DNA of 64,000 bases from assembly GCA_964057225.1 (NCBI GenBank), contig OZ059895.1, forward strand, positions 20,460,001 through 20,524,000. Reading direction: 5' to 3'. Position numbers and translations under genes: made by a program. The notes below the pieces were generated by a model, which did not search any database, was not told where the DNA came from, and saw nothing but the letters and a program-made list of their open reading frames with translations. Position 1 is the first letter of the stretch. Every line of letters starts with the position of its first letter. This document shows, in pieces, positions 13,101-25,800 of the stretch. Origin of the DNA: Auanema rhodensis. Taxonomy: Eukaryota; Animalia; Nematoda.

Positions 13101-15106
13101 CTAAAAACAAATTTTTATTGATATTGGTGCATGGTAACCATGACTTTGAAATTTACGTGAACTTTAATTTATGCTAATTAAGTGCACACATGATGTGCAC
13201 TTGGTATGTAACTCGCTTCACGTGAAAGATAAAGGGATGCGGTTTTCAAAATTAGATTTCGCATGTCCATTTTAGTCTAAAAACAAATTGTTATTGATAT
13301 TGGTGCATGGTAACCATGACTTTAAAATTTACGTGAACTTTAATTTATGCTAATTAAGTGTACACATGATGTGCACTTGGTATGTAACTCGCTTCAAGTG
13401 AAAGATAAAGAGATGCGGTTTTCAAAATTAGATTTCGCATGTCCATATTAGTCTAAAAACAAATTTTTATTGATATTGGTGCATGGTAACCATGACTTTG
13501 AAAATTACGTGAACTTTAATTTATGCTAATTAAGTGTACACGTGATGTGCACTTGGTATGTAACTCGCTTCACGTCAAAGATAAAGAGATGCGGTTTTCA
13601 AAATTAGATTTCGCATGTCCATATAAGTCTCAAAACAAATTTTTATTGATATTGGTGCATGGTAACCATGACTTTGAAATTTACGTGAACTTTAATTTAT
13701 GCTAATTAAGTGTACACATGCTGTGCACTTGGTATGTAACTCGCTTCACGTCAAAGATAAAGAGATGCGGTTTTCAAAATTAGATTCCCCATGTCCATAT
13801 TAGTCTAAAAACAAATTTTTATTAATATTGGTGCATGGTAACCATGACTTTAAAATTTACGTGAACTTTAATTTATGCTAATTAAGTGTACACGTGATGT
13901 GCACTTGGTATGTAACTCGCTTCACGTGAAAGATAAAGAGATGCGGTTTTCAAAATTAGATTCCCCATGTCCATATTAGTCTAAAAACAAATTTTTATTG
14001 ATATTGGTGCATGGTAACCATGACTTTAAAATTTACGTGAACTTTAATTTATGCTAATTAAGTGTACACATGATGTGCACTTGGTATGTAACTCGCTTCA
14101 AGTGAAAGATAAAGAGATGCGGTTTTCAAAATTAGATTTCGCATGTCCATATTAGTCTAAAAACAAATTTTTATTGATATTGGTGCATGGTAACCATGAC
14201 TTTAAAATTTACGTGAACTTTAATTTATGCTAATTAAGTGTACACATGATGTGCACTTGGTATGTAACTCGCTTCAAGTGAAAGATAAAGAGATGCGGTT
14301 TTCAAAATTAGATTCCCCATGTCCATATTAGTCTAAAAACAAATTTTTATTGATATTGGTGCATGGTAACCATGACTTTAAAATTTACGTGAACTTTAAT
14401 TTATGCTAATTAAGTGCACACATGATGTGCACTTGGTATGTAACTCGCTTCACGTCAAAGATAAAGAGATGCGGTTTTCAAAATTAGATTTCGCATGTCC
14501 ATATTAGTCTAAAAACAAATTTTTATTGATATTGGTGCATGGTAACCATGACTTTGAAATTTACGTGAACTTTAATTTATGCTAATTAAGTGTACACGTG
14601 ATGTGCACTTGGTATGTAACTTGCTTCACGTGAAAGATAAAGAGATGCGGTTTTCAAAATTAGATTTCGCATGTCCATATTAGTCTAAAAACAAATTTTT
14701 ATTGATATTGGTGCATGGTAACCATGACTTTGAAATTTACGTGAACTTTAATTTATGCTAATTAAGTGTACACATGATGTGCACTTGGTATGTAACTCGC
14801 TTCAAGTGAAAGATAAAGAGATGCGGTTTTCAAAATTAGATTTCGCATGTCCATATTAGTCTAAAAACAAATTTTTATTGATATTGGTGCATGGTAACCA
14901 TGACTTTAAAATTTACGTGAACTTTAATTTATGCTAATTTAGTGTACACATGATGTGCACTTGGTATGTAACTCGCTTCACGTCAAAGATAAAGAGATGC
15001 GGTTTTCAAAATTAGATTCCCCATGTCCATATTAGTCTAAAAACAAATTTTTATTGATATTGGTGGATGGTAACCATGACTTTGAAATTTACGTGAACTT
15101 TAATTT
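10179..15106. repeat. Tandem 14-mer (2464 bp) duplication: 10179-12642 and 12643-15106
   Basis: ORFs 11059 and 13523 are 2464 bp apart. The variant order (AACTTGC, AAGGGATG, GAAAATT, TCTCAAAA, GCTGTG, CTAATTTAG) matches across 14 monomers; the last one matches only in its 5' part. Confidence 0.8.
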
Positions 15107-16866
15107 ATGCTAATTAAGTGCACACATGATGTGCACTTGGTATGTAACTCGCTTCACGTGAAAGATAAAGGGATGCGGTTTTCAAAATTAGATTTCGCAT
15201 GTCCATTTTAGTCTAAAAACAAATTGTTATTGATATTGGTGCATGGTAACCATGACTTTAAAATTTACGTGAACTTTAATTTATGCTAATTAAGTGTACA
15301 CATGATGTGCACTTGGTATGTAACTCGCTTCAAGTGAAAGATAAAGAGATGCGGTTTTCAAAATTAGATTTCGCATGTCCATATTAGTCTAAAAACAAAT
15401 TTTTATTGATATTGGTGCATGGTAACCATGACTTTGAAAATTACGTGAACTTTAATTTATGCTAATTAAGTGTACACGTGATGTGCACTTGGTATGTAAC
15501 TCGCTTCACGTCAAAGATAAAGAGATGCGGTTTTCAAAATTAGATTTCGCATGTCCATATAAGTCTCAAAACAAATTTTTATTGATATTGGTGCATGGTA
15601 ACCATGACTTTGAAATTTACGTGAACTTTAATTTATGCTAATTAAGTGTACACATGCTGTGCACTTGGTATGTAACTCGCTTCACGTCAAAGATAAAGAG
15701 ATGCGGTTTTCAAAATTAGATTCCCCATGTCCATATTAGTCTAAAAACAAATTTTTATTAATATTGGTGCATGGTAACCATGACTTTAAAATTTACGTGA
15801 ACTTTAATTTATGCTAATTAAGTGTACACGTGATGTGCACTTGGTATGTAACTCGCTTCACGTGAAAGATAAAGAGATGCGGTTTTCAAAATTAGATTCC
15901 CCATGTCCATATTAGTCTAAAAACAAATTTTTATTGATATTGGTGCATGGTAACCATGACTTTAAAATTTACGTGAACTTTAATTTATGCTAATTAAGTG
16001 CACACATGATGTGCACTTGGTATGTAACTCGCTTCACGTCAAAGATAAAGAGATGCGGTTTTCAAAATTAGATTTCGCATGTCCATATTAGTCTAAAAAC
16101 AAATTTTTATTGATATTGGTGCATGGTAACCATGACTTTAAAATTTACGTGAACTTTAATTTATGCTAATTTAGTGTACACATGATGTGCACTTGGTATG
16201 TAACTCGCTTCACGTCAAAGATAAAGAGATGCGGTTTTCAAAATTAGATTCCCCATGTCCATATTAGTCTAAAAACAAATTTTTATTGATATTGGTGGAT
16301 GGTAACCATGACTTTGAAATTTACGTGAACTTTAATTTATGCTAATTAAGTGCACACATGATGTGCACTTGGTATGTAACTCGCTTCACGTGAAAGATAA
16401 AGGGATGCGGTTTTCAAAATTAGATTTCGCATGTCCATTTTAGTCTAAAAACAAATTGTTATTGATATTGGTGCATGGTAACCATGACTTTAAAATTTAC
16501 GTGAACTTTAATTTATGCTAATTAAGTGTACACATGATGTGCACTTGGTATGTAACTCGCTTCAAGTGAAAGATAAAGAGATGCGGTTTTCAAAATTAGA
16601 TTTCGCATGTCCATATTAGTCTAAAAACAAATTTTTATTGATATTGGTGCATGGTAACCATGACTTTGAAAATTACGTGAACTTTAATTTATGCTAATTA
16701 AGTGTACACGTGATGTGCACTTGGTATGTAACTCGCTTCACGTCAAAGATAAAGAGATGCGGTTTTCAAAATTAGATTTCGCATGTCCATATAAGTCTCA
16801 AAACAAATTTTTATTGATATTGGTGCATGGTAACCATGACTTTGAAATTTACGTGAACTTTAATTT

Positions 16867-19800
16867 ATGCTAATTAAGTGTACACATGCTGTGCACTTGG
16901 TATGTAACTCGCTTCACGTCAAAGATAAAGAGATGCGGTTTTCAAAATTAGATTCCCCATGTCCATATTAGTCTGAAAACAAATTTTATTAATATTGGTG
17001 CATGGTAACCATGACTTTAAAATTTACGTGAACTTTAATTTATGCTAATTAAGTGTACACGTGATGTGCACTTGGTATGTAACTCGCTTCACGTGAAAGA
17101 TAAAGAGATGCGGTTTTCAAAATTAGATTCCCCATGTCCATATTAGTCTAAAAACAAATTTTCATTGATATTGGTGCATGGTAACCATGACTTTAAAATT
17201 TACGTGAACTTTAATTTATGCTAATTAAGTGTACACATGATGTGCACTTGGTATGTAACTCGCTTCACGTCAAAGATAAAGAGATGAGGTTTTCAAAATT
17301 AGATTCCCCATGTCCATATTAGTCTAAAAACAAATTTTTATTGATATTGGTGCATGGTAACCATGACTTTAAAATTTACGTGAACTTTAATTTATGCTAA
17401 TTAAGTGTACAAATGATGTGCGCTTGGTATGTAACTCTCTTCACGTGAAAGATAAAGAGATGCGGTTTTCAAAATTAGATTCCTCATGTCCATATTAGTC
17501 TAAAAACGAATTTTTATTGATATTGGTGCATGGTAACCATGACTTTAAAATTTACGTGAACTTTAATTTATGCTAATTAAGTGTACACATGATGTGCACT
17601 TGGTATGTAACTCGCTTCACGTGAAAGATAAAGAGATGCGGTTTTCAAAATTAGATTCCCCATGTCCATATTAGTCTAAAAACAAATTTTTATTGATATT
17701 GGTGCATGGTAACCATGACTTTAAAATTTACGTGAACTTTAATTTATGCTAATTAAGTGTACACATGATGTGCACTTGGTATGTAACTCGCTTCACGTGA
17801 AAGATAAAGAGATGCGGTTTTCAAAATTAGATTCCCCATGTCCATATTAGTCTAAAAACATATTTTTATTAATATTGGTGCATGGTAACCATGACTTTGA
17901 AATTTACGTGAACTTTAATTTATGCTAATTAAGTGTACACATGATGTGCACTTGGTATGTAACTCGCTTCACGTGAAAGATAAAGAGATGCGGTTTTCAA
18001 AATTAGATTCCCCATGTCCATATTAGTCTAAAAACAAATTTTTATTGATATTGGTGCATGGTAACCATGACTTTAAAATTTACGTGAACTTTAATTTATG
18101 CTAATTAAGTGTACACATGATGTGCACTTGGTATGTAACTCGCTTCACGTCAAAGATAAAGAGATGAGGTTTTCAAAATTAGATTCCCCATGTCCATATT
18201 AGTCTAAAAACAAATTTTTATTGATATTGGTGCATGGTAACCATGACTTTAAAATTTACGTGAACTTTAATTTATGCTAATTAAGTGTACACATGATGTG
18301 CACTTGGTATGTAACTCGCTTCACGTCAAAGATAAAGAGATGCGGTTTTCAAAATTAGATTCCCCATGTCCATATTAGTCTAAAAACAAATTTTTATTAA
18401 TATTGGTGCATGGTAACCATGACTTTGAAATTTACGTGAACTTTAATTTATGCTAATTAAGTGTACACATGATGTGCACTTGGTATGTAACTCGCTTCAA
18501 GTGAAAGATAAAGAGATGCGGTTTTCAAAATTAGATTTCGCATGTCCATATTAGTCTAAAAACAAATTTTTATTGATATTGGTGCATGGTAACCATGACT
18601 TTAAAATTTACGTGAACTTTAATTTATGCTAATTAAGTGTACACATGATGTGCACTTGGTATGTAACTCGCTTCACGTCAAAGATAAAGAGATGCGGTTT
18701 TCAAAATTAGATTCCCCATGTCCATATAAGTCTAAAAACAAATTTTTATTAATATTGGTGCATGGTAACCATGACTTTGAAATTTACGTGAACTTTAATT
18801 TATGCTAATTAAGTGTACACATGCTGTGCACTTGGTATGTAACTCGCTTCACGTTAAAGATAAAGAGATGCGCTTTTCAAAATTAGATTTCGCATGTCCA
18901 TATTAGTCTAAAAACAATTTTTTATCAATATTGGTGCATGGTAACCATGACTTTGAAATTTACGTGAACTTTAATTTATGCTAATTAAGTGTACAAATGA
19001 TGTGCGCTTGGTATGTAACTCTCTTCACGTGAAAGATAAAGAGATGCGGTTTTCAAAATTAGATTCCTCATGTCCATATTAGTCTAAAAACGAATTTTTA
19101 TTGATATTGGTGCATGGTAACTATGACTTTGAAATTTACGTGAACTTTAATTTATGCTAATTAAGTGTACACATGATGTGCACTTGGTATGTAACTCGCT
19201 TCACGTCAAAGATAAAGAGATGCGGTTTTCAAAATTAGATTCCCCATGTCCATATTAGTCTAAAAACAAATTTTTATTAATATTGGTGCATGGTAACCAT
19301 GACTTTGAAATTTACGTGAACTTTAATTTATGCTAATTAAGTGTACACATGATGTGCACTTGGTATGTAACTCGCTTCAAGTGAAAGATAAAGAGATGCG
19401 GTTTTCAAAATTAGATTCCCCATGTCCATATTAGTCTAAAAACAAATTTTTATTGATATTGGTGCATGGTAACCATGACTTTAAAATTTACGTGAACTTT
19501 AATTTATGCTAATTAAGTGTACACATGATGTGCACTTGGTATGTAACTCGCTTCACGTCAAAGATAAAGAGATGCGGTTTTCAAAATTAGATTCCCCATG
19601 TCCATATAAGTCTAAAAACAAATTTTTATTAATATTGGTGCATGGTAACCATGACTTTGAAATTTACGTGAACTTTAATTTATGCTAATTAAGTGTACAC
19701 ATGCTGTGCACTTGGTATGTAACTCGCTTCACGTTAAAGATAAAGAGATGCGGTTTTCAAAATTAGATTCCCCATGTCCATATTAGTCTAAAAACAATTT

Positions 19801-22800
19801 TTTATCAATATTGGTGCATGGTAACCATGACTTTGAAATTTACGTGAACTTTAATTTATGCTAATTAAGTGTACAAATGATGTGCGCTTGGTATGTAACT
19901 CTCTTCACGTGAAAGATAAAGAGATGCGGTTTTCAAAATTAGATTCCTCATGTCCATATTAGTCTAAAAACGAATTTTTATTGATATTGGTGCATGGTAA
20001 CTATGACTTTGAAATTTACGTGAACTTTAATTTATGCTAATTAAGTGTACACATGATGTGCACTTGGTATGTAACTCGCTTCAAGTGAAAGATAAAGAGA
20101 TGCGCTTTTCAAAATTAGATTTCGCATGTCCATATTAGTCTAAAAACAAATTTTTATTGATATTGGTGCATGGTAACCATGACTTTAAAATTTACGTGAA
20201 CTTTAATTTATGCTAATTAAGTGTACACATGATGTGCACTTGATATGTAACTCGCTTCACGTCAAAGATAAAGAGATGCGGTTTTCAAAATTAGATTCCC
20301 CATGTCCATGTTAGTCTAAAAACAAATTTCTATTAATATTGGTGCATGGTAACTATGACTTTGAAATTTACGTGAACTTTAATTTATGCTAATTAAGTGT
20401 ACACATGATGTGCACTTGGTATGTAACTCGCTTCAAGTGAAAGATAAAGAGATGCGCTTTTCAAAATTAGATTTCGCATGTCCATATTAGTCTAAAAACA
20501 AATTTTTATTGATATTGGTGCATGGTAACCATGACTTTAAAATTTACGTGAACTTTAATTTATGCTAATTAAGTGTACACATGATGTGCACTTGGTATGT
20601 AACTCGCTTCACGTCAAAGATAAAGAGATGCGGTTTTCAAAATTAGATTCCCCATGTCCATATTAGTCTAAAAACAAATTTTTATGAATATTGGTGCATG
20701 GTAACCATGACTTTGAAATTTACGTGAACTTTAATTTATGCTAATTAAGTGTACACATGATGTGCACTTGGTATGTAACTCGCTTCACGTCAAAGATAAA
20801 GAGATGCGGTTTTCAAAATTAGATTCCCCATGTCCATATTAGTCTAAAAACAATTTTTTATCAATATTGGTGCATGGTAACCATGACTTTGAAATTTACG
20901 TGAACTTTAATTTTTGCTAATTAAGTGTACACATGATGTGCACTTGGTATGTAACTCGCTTCAAGTGAAAGATAAAGAGATGCGGTTTTCAAAATTAGAT
21001 TTCGCATGTCCATATTAGTCTAAAAACAAATTTTTATTGATATTGGTGCATGGTAACCATGACTTTGAAAATTACGTGAACTTTAATTTATGCTAATTAA
21101 GTGTACACGTGATGTGCACTTGGTATGTAACTCGCTTCACGTCAAAGATAAAGAGATGCGGTTTTCAAAATTAGATTTCGCATGTCCATATAAGTCTCAA
21201 AACAAATTTTTATTGATATTGGTGCATGGTAACCATGACTTTGAAATTTACGTGAACTTTAATTTATGCTAATTAAGTGTACACATGCTGTGCACTTGGT
21301 ATGTAACTCGCTTCACGTCAAAGATAAAGAGATGCGGTTTTCAAAATTAGATTCCCCATGTCCATATTAGTCTAAAAACAAATTTTTATTAATATTGGTG
21401 CATGGTAACCATGACTTTAAAATTTACGTGAACTTTAATTTATGCTAATTAAGTGTACACGTGATGTGCACTTGGTATGTAACTCGCTTCACGTGAAAGA
21501 TAAAGAGATGCGGTTTTCAAAATTAGATTCCCCATGTCCATATTAGTCTAAAAACAAATTTTTATTGATATTGGTGCATGGTAACCATGACTTTAAAATT
21601 TACGTGAACTTTAATTTATGCTAATTAAGTGTACACATGATGTGCACTTGGTATGTAACTCGCTTCAAGTGAAAGATAAAGAGATGCGGTTTTCAAAATT
21701 AGATTTCGCATGTCCATATTAGTCTAAAAACAAATTTTTATTGATATTGGTGCATGGTAACCATGACTTTAAAATTTACGTGAACTTTAATTTATGCTAA
21801 TTAAGTGTACACGTGATGTGCACTTGGTATGTAACTCGCTTCAAGTGAAAGATAAAGAGATGCGGTTTTCAAAATTAGATTCCCCATGTCCATATTAGTC
21901 TAAAAACAAATTTTTATTGATATTGGTGCATGGTAACCATGACTTTAAAATTTACGTGAACTTTAATTTATGCTAATTAAGTGTACACATGATGTGCACT
22001 TGGTATGTAACTCGCTTCACGTGAAAGATAAAGGGATGCGGTTTTCAAAATTAGATTTCGCATGTCCATTTTAGTCTAAAAACAAATTTTTATTGATATT
22101 GGTGCATGGTAACCATGACTTTAAAATTTACGTGAACTTTAATTTATGCTAATTAAGTGCACACATGATGTGCACTTGGTATGTAACTCGCTTCACGTCA
22201 AAGATAAAGAGATGCGGTTTTCAAAATTAGATTTCGCATGTCCATATTAGTCTAAAAACAAATTTTTATTGATATTGGTGCATGGTAACCATGACTTTGA
22301 AAATTACGTGAACTTTAATTTATGCTAATTAAGTGTACACGTGATGTGCACTTGGTATGTAACTCGCTTCACGTCAAAGATAAAGAGATGCGGTTTTCAA
22401 AATTAGATTTCGCATGTCCATATAAGTCTCAAAACAAATTTTTATTGATATTGGTGCATGGTAACCATGACTTTGAAATTTACGTGAACTTTAATTTATG
22501 CTAATTAAGTGTACACATGCTGTGCACTTGGTATGTAACTCGCTTCACGTCAAAGATAAAGAGATGCGGTTTTCAAAATTAGATTCCCCATGTCCATATT
22601 AGTCTAAAAACAAATTTTCATTGATATTGGTGCATGGTAACCATGACTTTAAAATTTACGTGAACTTTAATTTATGCTAATTTAGTGTACACATGATGTG
22701 CACTTGGTATGTAACTCGCTTCACGTCAAAGATAAAGAGATGCGGTTTTCAAAATTAGATTCCCCATGTCCATATTAGTCTAAAAACAAATTTTTATTGA

Positions 22801-25800
22801 TATTGGTGGATGGTAACCATGACTTTGAAATTTACGTGAACTTTAATTTATGCTAATTAAGTGCACACATGATGTGCACTTGGTATGTAACTCGCTTCAC
22901 GTGAAAGATAAAGGGATGCGGTTTTCAAAATTAGATTTCGCATGTCCATTTTAGTCTAAAAACAAATTGTTATTGATATTGGTGCATGGTAACCATGACT
23001 TTAAAATTTACGTGAACTTTAATTTATGCTAATTAAGTGTACACATGATGTGCACTTGGTATGTAACTCGCTTCAAGTGAAAGATAAAGAGATGCGGTTT
23101 TCAAAATTAGATTTCGCATGTCCATATTAGTCTAAAAACAAATTTTTATTGATATTGGTGCATGGTAACCATGACTTTGAAAATTACGTGAACTTTAATT
23201 TATGCTAATTAAGTGTACACGTGATGTGCACTTGGTATGTAACTCGCTTCACGTCAAAGATAAAGAGATGCGGTTTTCAAAATTAGATTTCGCATGTCCA
23301 TATAAGTCTCAAAACAAATTTTTATTGATATTGGTGCATGGTAACCATGACTTTGAAATTTACGTGAACTTTAATTTATGCTAATTAAGTGTACACATGC
23401 TGTGCACTTGGTATGTAACTCGCTTCACGTCAAAGATAAAGAGATGCGGTTTTCAAAATTAGATTCCCCATGTCCATATTAGTCTAAAAACAAATTTTTA
23501 TTAATATTGGTGCATGGTAACCATGACTTTAAAATTTACGTGAACTTTAATTTATGCTAATTAAGTGTACACGTGATGTGCACTTGGTATGTAACTCGCT
23601 TCACGTGAAAGATAAAGAGATGCGGTTTTCAAAATTAGATTCCCCATGTCCATATTAGTCTAAAAACAAATTTTTATTGATATTGGTGCATGGTAACCAT
23701 GACTTTAAAATTTACGTGAACTTTAATTTATGCTAATTAAGTGCACACATGATGTGCACTTGGTATGTAACTCGCTTCACGTCAAAGATAAAGAGATGCG
23801 GTTTTCAAAATTAGATTTCGCATGTCCATATTAGTCTAAAAACAAATTTTTATTGATATTGGTGCATGGTAACCATGACTTTAAAATTTACGTGAACTTT
23901 AATTTATGCTAATTTAGTGTACACATGATGTGCACTTGGTATGTAACTCGCTTCACGTCAAAGATAAAGAGATGCGGTTTTCAAAATTAGATTCCCCATG
24001 TCCATATTAGTCTAAAAACAAATTTTTATTGATATTGGTGGATGGTAACCATGACTTTGAAATTTACGTGAACTTTAATTTATGCTAATTAAGTGCACAC
24101 ATGATGTGCACTTGGTATGTAACTCGCTTCACGTGAAAGATAAAGGGATGCGGTTTTCAAAATTAGATTTCGCATGTCCATTTTAGTCTAAAAACAAATT
24201 GTTATTGATATTGGTGCATGGTAACCATGACTTTAAAATTTACGTGAACTTTAATTTATGCTAATTAAGTGTACACATGATGTGCACTTGGTATGTAACT
24301 CGCTTCAAGTGAAAGATAAAGAGATGCGGTTTTCAAAATTAGATTTCGCATGTCCATATTAGTCTAAAAACAAATTTTTATTGATATTGGTGCATGGTAA
24401 CCATGACTTTGAAAATTACGTGAACTTTAATTTATGCTAATTAAGTGTACACGTGATGTGCACTTGGTATGTAACTCGCTTCACGTCAAAGATAAAGAGA
24501 TGCGGTTTTCAAAATTAGATTTCGCATGTCCATATAAGTCTCAAAACAAATTTTTATTGATATTGGTGCATGGTAACCATGACTTTGAAATTTACGTGAA
24601 CTTTAATTTATGCTAATTAAGTGTACACATGCTGTGCACTTGGTATGTAACTCGCTTCACGTCAAAGATAAAGAGATGCGGTTTTCAAAATTAGATTCCC
24701 CATGTCCATATTAGTCTGAAAACAAATTTTATTAATATTGGTGCATGGTAACCATGACTTTAAAATTTACGTGAACTTTAATTTATGCTAATTAAGTGTA
24801 CACGTGATGTGCACTTGGTATGTAACTCGCTTCACGTGAAAGATAAAGAGATGCGGTTTTCAAAATTAGATTCCCCATGTCCATATTAGTCTAAAAACAA
24901 ATTTTCATTGATATTGGTGCATGGTAACCATGACTTTAAAATTTACGTGAACTTTAATTTATGCTAATTAAGTGTACACATGATGTGCACTTGGTATGTA
25001 ACTCGCTTCACGTCAAAGATAAAGAGATGAGGTTTTCAAAATTAGATTCCCCATGTCCATATTAGTCTAAAAACAAATTTTTATTGATATTGGTGCATGG
25101 TAACCATGACTTTAAAATTTACGTGAACTTTAATTTATGCTAATTAAGTGTACAAATGATGTGCGCTTGGTATGTAACTCTCTTCACGTGAAAGATAAAG
25201 AGATGCGGTTTTCAAAATTAGATTCCTCATGTCCATATTAGTCTAAAAACGAATTTTTATTGATATTGGTGCATGGTAACCATGACTTTAAAATTTACGT
25301 GAACTTTAATTTATGCTAATTAAGTGTACACATGATGTGCACTTGGTATGTAACTCGCTTCACGTGAAAGATAAAGAGATGCGGTTTTCAAAATTAGATT
25401 CCCCATGTCCATATTAGTCTAAAAACAAATTGTTATTGATATTGGTGCATGGTAACCATGACTTTAAAATTTACGTGAACTTTAATTTATGCTAATTAAG
25501 TGTACACATGATGTGCACTTGGTATGTAACTCGCTTCACGTGAAAGATAAAGAGATGCGGTTTTCAAAATTAGATTCCCCATGTCCATATTAGTCTAAAA
25601 ACATATTTTTATTAATATTGGTGCATGGTAACCATGACTTTGAAATTTACGTGAACTTTAATTTATGCTAATTAAGTGTACACATGATGTGCACTTGGTA
25701 TGTAACTCGCTTCACGTGAAAGATAAAGAGATGCGGTTTTCAAAATTAGATTCCCCATGTCCATATTAGTCTAAAAACAAATTTTTATTGATATTGGTGC

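Larger units (their letters stand above)
1..16866. repeat. Left sub-family domain of the satellite
   Basis: Enriched diagnostic alleles: AAGGGATG, AAATTGTT, AAGTGCACAC, GGTGGATGG, TAAGTCTCAAAA, TTTGAAAATT, CTAATTTAG, with frequent TTTCGC. No indels: the 147+176n register holds to 16867. Confidence 0.85.
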
